Below the pieces are notes generated by a model. The model ran no database searches, was not told where the DNA came from, and saw nothing but the letters and a program-made list of their open reading frames with translations. A program made the translations under genes and the position numbers. Below are positions 49,963-56,043 of a stretch of DNA of 56,043 nt, piece by piece (position 1 is the first letter of the stretch; every line of letters begins with the position of its first letter). Source of the DNA: an uncultured Bacilli bacterium (lineage in GTDB: Bacteria; Bacillota_I; Bacilli_A; RF39; UBA660). Location: positions 1 through 56,043 of the forward strand of contig CANRPP010000005.1 in assembly GCA_947632545.1 (NCBI GenBank), written 5' to 3'.

Positions 49963-50067
49963 TATAAATAAGATAATTAATTTTATCTTTTTTTTATATA
50001 TTTTACTTTATAAAAATTGATTTTTATTAACATTTAATATATAATAAACACCACTGGAGATGGTATA

Positions 50068-50889
50068 ATGAATAAAACGTGGAATTTAATTAAAAAAATA
50101 TTCATTAGAAAAAAAGATAACGAACAAGAAGTCATAAATGAAGAAAAAAATTCTATTAACATCACAAATATAAATTTAGATCTTATTAATAGTATAGCAA
50201 ATAATGATATTGTTTTAGTAAAAATGAATGAAGAAGAGATTATAAAAAGAAATATAGAGCTATCACATCAAAAAAGACCTTTTTTAATTAAGAAGAAAAA
50301 AGATAACGAACAAAGTGTTCTTGGATATTATTTAACTAGTAATATTCATTATAGTTTTTTTGAGAAAGAAAAATATAAAGGTTTAAAATTAGTATTGAGT
50401 AAAGAAACATATACATTAAAGAAAAATAGTATTATAAAGTTAAATAAAATTGTTAAATTACCATATGAAAATATAATTTCTATTTTAGGACATATAAATA
50501 ATAAAGATTTAAATAAATTAAAAAAATATAGAGATTTATTGTGTGGCAATCCGGTTATTTCAAATAAAGAAAATAAATTAATTGAAACTTGTGATATTAT
50601 TTTAGATAATGAAAAAAAGTATATTATATATCAAACTGATAATACAAATAGCTATGGCTATCCAATTTCAGAAACTAGTGAAATTATTAATATAAAAACA
50701 AATCATAATTATATAGAATTTAATAAAAAACTATATCTTATAGACTATAAAAATAGTAAAGTATTTAATAATAATAGTAAATTATGTATAATTGAAAGAT
50801 GGAATCAAGATATAGTTGATACTATAAATAGTAATAAAAAATTATTAAAATATGAATTAAAAAATAAAAGTAAAATTAAGAAAAAATAA
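50068..50889 (+). CDS. Hypothetical protein with a possible PemK/MazF-like domain
   Basis: DIVLV...HQKRPFLI...GYYLTS...S.I pattern; own TTGATT-N17-TATAAT promoter 50017-50045. Confidence 0.55.
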   Translation: MNKTWNLIKKIFIRKKDNEQEVINEEKNSINITNINLDLINSIANNDIVLVKMNEEEIIKRNIELSHQKRPFLIKKKKDNEQSVLGYYLTSNIHYSFFEKEKYKGLKLVLSKETYTLKKNSIIKLNKIVKLPYENIISILGHINNKDLNKLKKYRDLLCGNPVISNKENKLIETCDIILDNEKKYIIYQTDNTNSYGYPISETSEIINIKTNHNYIEFNKKLYLIDYKNSKVFNNNSKLCIIERWNQDIVDTINSNKKLLKYELKNKSKIKKK

Positions 50890-50967
50890 TGTTCTATATA
50901 AATTAATAATTATAATTACAGAAAGAACCAACCGGTTCTTTTTTCATACTATATTATAGGTGATAAT

Positions 50968-51426
50968 GTGAAAGTAGAAAAAATTAATGATGAGTTAATA
51001 AATGCATATTTTAGTCCTTTTTATTTTAAAAAAATAGATATAAATAATAAATTAGAATTAGTTGAAGTTATTAAAGATTTAATTAAGAAAATAGAGACAA
51101 GATATAAAATATATTTATCAGGTTTTTATAAAATAAAAGTATATCCTAGTAAAAAATTAGGAGTATTTATAAATATTATTAAAATAGATGATAATGAGTT
51201 TTCTAATACAACAGATTTTAGAATAGTTATATATCCAAATGAAAAATTCTTTTTAGAAACAGACTATTATGAATTATTTTCTAATGTACCAATAAGATAC
51301 TATGATAATAAATTTTATATAGATAGTGAAGATATAGAAAGTATAGATACTATAACTGATATGGTAAATATAATATATGGTAATGATGTTAAAGAGATAT
51401 TAACTAATGCAATTATTATAAATTAA
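50968..51426 (+). CDS. Divergent MecA/YpbH-like adaptor protein
   Basis: MKVEKIND...F N-terminus and YY.NKFYI motif resemble a shortened MecA family member. Confidence 0.5.
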   Translation: MKVEKINDELINAYFSPFYFKKIDINNKLELVEVIKDLIKKIETRYKIYLSGFYKIKVYPSKKLGVFINIIKIDDNEFSNTTDFRIVIYPNEKFFLETDYYELFSNVPIRYYDNKFYIDSEDIESIDTITDMVNIIYGNDVKEILTNAIIIN

Positions 51427-51441
51427 AAAGAGGTTTCCCTC

Positions 51442-52917
51442 TTATATTACTATAGCAATCATATTGTTAGAACCTTTATTAACTACTTTAGTTAGTGTTT
51501 GTTGTAGTTTTAATCTAATATTATCAGGCATTAAATTTATTTTAGACTGAATTCCTTCTTGTACAATATTATCTAAACTTCTACCAAATATTTCACTACT
51601 CCAAATACTTTTTGGATTAGTTTTATAATCTTTCATCAAATAGTCAATTAGTTCTTTACTTTGAACTTCACTACCTATAATTGGTTCAAAAGTAGATTCT
51701 ACATCAACTCTAATCATATGTATAGATGGTGCTATTGCTTTTAATTTAACACCATATCTAGGTCCTTGTTTAACAATTTCTGGAGTATTTAATTTCATAT
51801 CATCAAGTGAAGGTACAGCAACGCCATATCCAGTTTGTTTAACCATTTTTAAAGCATATTTTATTTGGTCATATTCACGTTTTGCAATATTAAAATCTTG
51901 GAATAATGCTAATAAATCTGCTTTATTGTTAACATCAACATCTATTATTTCTGTAAGAGTTTCATTATATAAATTAGGTGGAGCAGTTAAATTAATAGTG
52001 ACTATACCTGTAGATGGGTCAACATCTGCTAAATAGCTTTTTTCAATCATAGGATTATCTAGGAAATGATTTGTAATAGAATCAATATCTCTTAATTTAT
52101 CTACTTCAACTACACTTTCTTTAATAGATTTGATATATTCTTTTTTAATTTTATGATCATGATTTAATATCGCAATCCATTCAGGCATGTTAACTTTAAC
52201 TTCTAAAACAGGGAATTCATATAGTGCTTCTTTTAAGATATTATACATATCTTTTTCACCCATTGCTTCAACACTTATAGGAATAACTGGTACATCATAT
52301 TCTTCTTTTAATGAATTAGCTAGTCTTTCAGTTTCAGGAAGAGTAGGATGTACAGAGTTTAAAATTACAATAAATGGTTTACCAATACTTTTTAACTCAC
52401 TTATGACTCTATTTTCAGCTTCCAAATAATCACTTCTATCAAATTCTCCGATAGAACCATCAGTAGTTACTACTATACCAATAGTAGAATGTTCTTTAAT
52501 AACTTTTTCAGTGCCAACTTCAGCAGCTTCTACAAAAGGTATATCTTCATTGTACCAAGGGGTTTTAACCATTCGTGGTCCATTTTCATCTTCAGCACCT
52601 ACAGCTTTATCAATAACATAACCAACACAATCAATTAATCTAATATTACAACTAAAATCATCAATTCCTATTTTAGCAGCATTATTAGGTACAAATTTAG
52701 GTTCAGTTGTCATAATAGTTTTTCCAGCTGCACTTTGAGGTATTTCATCAAGTGCTCTTTTTCTTTCATATTCATCTTCAATATTAGGAACAATTAAAGT
52801 TTCTACCATTCTTTTTATAAATGTAGATTTACCAGTTCTAACAGCACCAACAACTCCTAGATATATATCACCACCACTACGGGCAGCAATGTTTTTAATA
52901 ATTTCTTGCTTTTCCAT
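51442..52917 (-). CDS. spoIVA: Stage IV sporulation protein A
   Basis: DIYLGVVGAVRTGKSTFIKR, MTTEPKFVP, IDCVGY, TTDGSI, IW.SEIFGRSL. Confidence 0.98.
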   Translation of the reverse strand: MEKQEIIKNIAARSGGDIYLGVVGAVRTGKSTFIKRMVETLIVPNIEDEYERKRALDEIPQSAAGKTIMTTEPKFVPNNAAKIGIDDFSCNIRLIDCVGYVIDKAVGAEDENGPRMVKTPWYNEDIPFVEAAEVGTEKVIKEHSTIGIVVTTDGSIGEFDRSDYLEAENRVISELKSIGKPFIVILNSVHPTLPETERLANSLKEEYDVPVIPISVEAMGEKDMYNILKEALYEFPVLEVKVNMPEWIAILNHDHKIKKEYIKSIKESVVEVDKLRDIDSITNHFLDNPMIEKSYLADVDPSTGIVTINLTAPPNLYNETLTEIIDVDVNNKADLLALFQDFNIAKREYDQIKYALKMVKQTGYGVAVPSLDDMKLNTPEIVKQGPRYGVKLKAIAPSIHMIRVDVESTFEPIIGSEVQSKELIDYLMKDYKTNPKSIWSSEIFGRSLDNIVQEGIQSKINLMPDNIRLKLQQTLTKVVNKGSNNMIAIVI

Positions 52918-52940
52918 ATACATTCTCCTTTATTCATTTA

Positions 52941-52969
52941 AGCTTATGTCTAAAAAAAGGTATATATGC
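52941..52969 (-). promoter_or_regulatory. sigma-E-type promoter of spoIVA
   Basis: GCATATA-N14-CATAAGCT on the minus strand. Confidence 0.75.
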
Positions 52970-52994
52970 AAGAAAAAAAGAACTATTTAAGTTC

Positions 52995-53237
52995 TTAAAA
53001 CATTTTATCTATATCTTTAGGAACATTATCTTTAATAATAGCATTCACAATTTTATCTTCTCTTTCTTTACTAACTTCTTTACCTGTAATTGAAGATATT
53101 TCTTGTACCATATCCCTAAGCACTTTCTCATCTTTCATATTATTTGAATCTTGTAATTTCTTTGCAAGAGACATAATAGTATTTTTATCCACATTAGTTT
53201 TTTTCTCTACTTTTTTAAAAAAGCTATCTCCAAACAT
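52995..53237 (-). CDS. spoVIF: Stage VI sporulation protein F family
   Basis: FFKKVEKKTNV...I..LA...KDEK..R......VSKE.EDKIV.AI; CATATAAT upstream. Confidence 0.88.
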   Translation of the reverse strand: MFGDSFFKKVEKKTNVDKNTIMSLAKKLQDSNNMKDEKVLRDMVQEISSITGKEVSKEREDKIVNAIIKDNVPKDIDKMF

Positions 53238-53298
53238 AAAACTCCTCCTATATAATTATATGTAGGATGAAAAAATATGTTATATAAAAATGTACCTA

Positions 53299-53487
53299 TT
53301 AGTACATCTTTTTTTCTTTTTTATCTAACTGTTTTTGATATTTTTCACGTTTTTTTGCAATTTCCTGACATTCCCTAGAAAATTGTTCAATAGTAATAAC
53401 CTTTTTATCATATCGATCTTGTAATATTTCTAAAGCTCTATCTAGGCTATCTAATTCAGTTTTTGGATCTTTTGGTTTAAAAAACAT
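53299..53487 (-). CDS. Small helical hypothetical protein (SHOCT-like)
   Basis: TAATG coupling to der; L..L...Y....IT.EQF pattern. Confidence 0.6.
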   Translation of the reverse strand: MFFKPKDPKTELDSLDRALEILQDRYDKKVITIEQFSRECQEIAKKREKYQKQLDKKEKKMY

Positions 53488-54794
53488 TAATCACCACTCC
53501 TATTCTTAAATTGTAACACAATAGGAGTTCCTTGTAAATCAAAGCTTTCACGTAATTTATTTTCTAGATATCTTTCATATGAAAAATGAACTAATCCCTT
53601 ATTATTAACTCTTAATGTAAATTTAGGGGGTTTAATTCCTGTTTGACTAGAATAATATATCTTTAAACGTTTTCCTTTATATGAAGGTGGTTTATTTAAT
53701 TGATATGCATCTAAAATAACATCATTTAGTACACTAGTTTTTACTTCTCTTTTAATATTTTCTAAAACTTTAATAACTTCAGGCATTAATGTATGAATAC
53801 GTTTTTTAGTAAGTGCAGATAAAAATACTATAGGTGCATATGTTGCAAATTGAAATTCTGCTTTCATAAGTTTAGTAAATTCTGATATAGTAGTATCTTT
53901 AACTAAATCCCATTTATTGACAACAAATATTAAACCTTTACCACGTTCAATGGCATATCCTGCTATATGTTTATCGTGTTCGGTAATACCTTCTTCTGCA
54001 TTTATAACTACTAAACACAAATCACTAGAATCAATAGATCTCATAGAACGAATTAAACTGTATTTTTCAATGGTATCAAAAATTCGACCCTTTTTTCTCA
54101 TACCTGCTGTATCAATTAGTATATATTCTTCACCATGATATTTAAAAACAGAATTAATAGAATCTCTAGTAGTACCAGAAATATCAGATACAACAACGCG
54201 TTCCTCGTTTAATAAGGCATTAGTTAAAGAACTTTTACCAACATTAGGTCTACCAATAATACAAAATTTTAGTCTCGTATCGTTATTTTCTTTATCAATA
54301 GTATTAAAATCTATTGTGATATTATCCATTAATTCACTATAGCCAGTATTATGAATACTACTAATAGGAATATATGTATCAAAGCCTAGTTCATAAAAAT
54401 CATATATATTATTTTGAGCTGATTTAACATCAATTTTATTAATGGCAACAACAACACGTTTTTTACTCTTTCTTAAGATATCTCTAACAACTAAATCATT
54501 ATGAGTAATTCCTTCTTTACCATCAACCATAAATAATACAACATCAGCTTCTTCAATAGCAATTTCTGCTTGTATTTTTATCTCTTCATTAAAAGTTTCT
54601 TTTTCTACATCAATTCCACCAGTATCTATTAAATAAAATCGCTTATTATTATAGATGGCTTCTTGATATAATCTATCTCTAGTAACTCCAGGAGTATCTT
54701 CAACAATAGCAAGTTTTTGACCAATAACCTTATTAAAAAAGGTACTTTTACCAACATTAGGTCTTCCTACTATTGCAACAACAGGTGTAGCCAT
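53487..54794 (-). CDS. der: Ribosome biogenesis GTPase Der/EngA
   Basis: Two GRPNVGKS domains, GVTRD/GTTRD, C-terminal KH-like domain. Confidence 0.98.
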   Translation of the reverse strand: MATPVVAIVGRPNVGKSTFFNKVIGQKLAIVEDTPGVTRDRLYQEAIYNNKRFYLIDTGGIDVEKETFNEEIKIQAEIAIEEADVVLFMVDGKEGITHNDLVVRDILRKSKKRVVVAINKIDVKSAQNNIYDFYELGFDTYIPISSIHNTGYSELMDNITIDFNTIDKENNDTRLKFCIIGRPNVGKSSLTNALLNEERVVVSDISGTTRDSINSVFKYHGEEYILIDTAGMRKKGRIFDTIEKYSLIRSMRSIDSSDLCLVVINAEEGITEHDKHIAGYAIERGKGLIFVVNKWDLVKDTTISEFTKLMKAEFQFATYAPIVFLSALTKKRIHTLMPEVIKVLENIKREVKTSVLNDVILDAYQLNKPPSYKGKRLKIYYSSQTGIKPPKFTLRVNNKGLVHFSYERYLENKLRESFDLQGTPIVLQFKNRSGD

Positions 54795-54861
54795 AATATC
54801 CCCTCCAAACTAGGCCTATTATAACATGAAGTTTTATTTTTGTATAGTCGTTAAATTTTAT

Positions 54862-54891
54862 TTGACAAAACGCTCTGGGGGGGGGTAGAAT
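54862..54891 (+). promoter_or_regulatory. sigma-A-type promoter with G9 homopolymer in the spacer
   Basis: TTGACA 54862-54867, G9 54877-54885, TAGAAT 54886-54891 (18-bp spacer). Confidence 0.78.
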
Positions 54892-54924
54892 TATAGTATA
54901 AGATAAAAAAATACGGAGAAAGTT

Positions 54925-55860
54925 ATGAAAAGGATAGTAAAGAAAAATTATAAAATACTAATAGGTATAGTAATAGGAATAATTATATCAACAACAATAG
55001 TATATAGTGCAGAAAATATATTAACAGGAGAAGATATTTCATATGATAATAAAACAAGTGGAGAAGAAACAGTACAAGGTGCGATAGATGAATTATATGA
55101 AAAAGCAAATAAAAGTAAAGCCCCAAAACCAAATAATACAAATATAGTAGCTGTATATTATTATGATGAAACAAAAGGATCAGAAGATTTTTGTGTAACA
55201 GGAGATGAAGAAACCTGTAAAGTAAATACATGTTATTTAAATAAAGCAAAAGATAGTTGCCCATCTGGAACAATAGTAGAATATAAAGTAAATGATAATG
55301 ATACTGTAAGATTTCATGTAATGAAAGATAATGGAAGTAAAATGATATTACAAAGTCAACAAAATACACTAAATAGTATACAGTGGTATACTGAAAATAA
55401 TAATAGTTATGGTCCAACAACAGCATTAAGTGAATTGGAAAAAGCAACAGAAAATTGGGCTAATGTAAATACATTTGATTATTCAATAGGAGATGATAAA
55501 TCAACATTAGGATATTCTGGTTGTAATGGTTCTCAAGAGTGGACAACAACTCCTTATATTTTAGAAAAAAAAGGAATTAAAGCAAGAATGATAACAATGC
55601 AAGAAGTCATTAGTTTTGGATGTAATAATGAAGATAATAATAATATTGTCTCTTGTCCAATATGGATGTACAATTATTTAAAAGATTCAATAAATTTTGG
55701 GGGAACAATAAATGACTCAAATGCATTAGCTTCCTATTGGACTATGTCTACAGCAATGTGGAAAGATATTATGGCTTTTGTGATATATAAAAATACATAT
55801 AGCACTTTGAGTACTAATTTAAAATCAGGAGCCAGAGCAGTAGTAGAAATAAATAAATAA
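54925..55860 (+). CDS. Exported surface protein with C-terminal C-type-lectin-fold-like (DUF6273-like) domain
   Basis: Signal/TM N-terminus; SYDN..SG..TVQGAIDELY linker; ARMIT..E, YWTMS...AFVI...GARAVVEI terminal pattern; several Cys. Confidence 0.7.
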   Translation: MKRIVKKNYKILIGIVIGIIISTTIVYSAENILTGEDISYDNKTSGEETVQGAIDELYEKANKSKAPKPNNTNIVAVYYYDETKGSEDFCVTGDEETCKVNTCYLNKAKDSCPSGTIVEYKVNDNDTVRFHVMKDNGSKMILQSQQNTLNSIQWYTENNNSYGPTTALSELEKATENWANVNTFDYSIGDDKSTLGYSGCNGSQEWTTTPYILEKKGIKARMITMQEVISFGCNNEDNNNIVSCPIWMYNYLKDSINFGGTINDSNALASYWTMSTAMWKDIMAFVIYKNTYSTLSTNLKSGARAVVEINK

Positions 55861-55886
55861 AAATTTACAAAAAAGTAAGGGAAAAT

Positions 55887-55925
55887 AAACTTCTTTTGCA
55901 AATAATAAAGCAAAAGGAGTTTTTT
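55887..55925 (+). terminator. Rho-independent terminator
   Basis: AAACTTCTTTTGC-N10-GCAAAAGGAGTTT plus T run. Confidence 0.8.
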
Positions 55926-55961
55926 AGTGTGAAAAAATATAAATAAAAAAGGAGAAATGAT

Positions 55962-56043
55962 ATGACAAAAGAAAAATTTTATACCTGTAGATATGACAGA
56001 GCATTTAAAGAAGTCTTTATGAATGAAAATAATAAAGATATAT
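55962..56043 (+). CDS. 5' fragment of a probable Rpn/PD-(D/E)XK nuclease-transposase family gene (runs off the window)
   Basis: RBS AAAGGAG; MTKEKFYTCRYDRAFKEVFMNENNKDI contains the D..FK..F N-terminal motif. Confidence 0.65.
   Translation, partial: MTKEKFYTCRYDRAFKEVFMNENNKDI

Noticed and set aside
50110-50313. 18-nt direct repeat AAAAAAGATAACGAACAA (50110-50127, 50296-50313)
   Set aside because: A-rich, in frame within one CDS (KKDNEQ twice), only two copies; not CRISPR- or att-like.
53185-53193. Perfect DnaA box TTATCCACA
   Set aside because: Single copy inside spoVIF with no cluster or origin genes; likely chance.
4887-55447. Short antisense or overlapping ORFs in the track (e.g. 4887-5096, 5466-5759, 9952-10272, 28137-28544, 37708-38166, 54983-55447)
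   Set aside because: Shadow ORFs opposite well-supported genes, with L/F/I/Y-rich composition expected from antisense AT-rich DNA and no RBS.
1-56043. CRISPR array, prophage, rRNA, reverse transcriptase or genetic code 4
   Set aside because: None seen; TGA terminates genes (e.g. 31606, 49962) and conserved Trp residues use TGG.

Overview
AT-rich chromosomal segment of a spore-forming, genome-reduced member of the Bacilli (standard code: TGA stop, TGG Trp). The RF39-like assignment is my inference from gene content and style. The backbone is a thinned version of Bacillus gene order: pgk/tpiA, fhs, T-box-leuS, murJ-like, femABX x2, trmB, ytxG/H, T-box-tyrS, rpsD, ezrA, thiI, SASP, ackA, nrnA, ysxC, spoIVA, spoVIF and der. 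It is interspersed with surface-protein genes, a thioester-domain adhesin/sortase pair, monocistronic orphans, tRNA-Asn and one intact IS3-family element. Main observations: (1) two unrelated surface-protein genes 55 kb apart each carry a G9 tract (tGGGGGGGGGtag) inside the -35/-10 spacer (19 and 18 bp, versus 17 bp in most other promoters here), a candidate phase-variation system; (2) the IS3 element has an 11-bp target duplication centred on the loop of the tRNA terminator hairpin; (3) the sortase has Gln where the conserved Arg should be, and candidate substrates have Gly-less xPNT signals; (4) a 13-bp inverted repeat encloses the adhesin RBS and start codon; (5) an apparently motor-less SftA-like protein; (6) a GH31 and a Fem paralogue with substituted catalytic residues; (7) a DNA glycosylase whose conserved N-terminus has no start codon. 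All calls are by eye; no searches were run.
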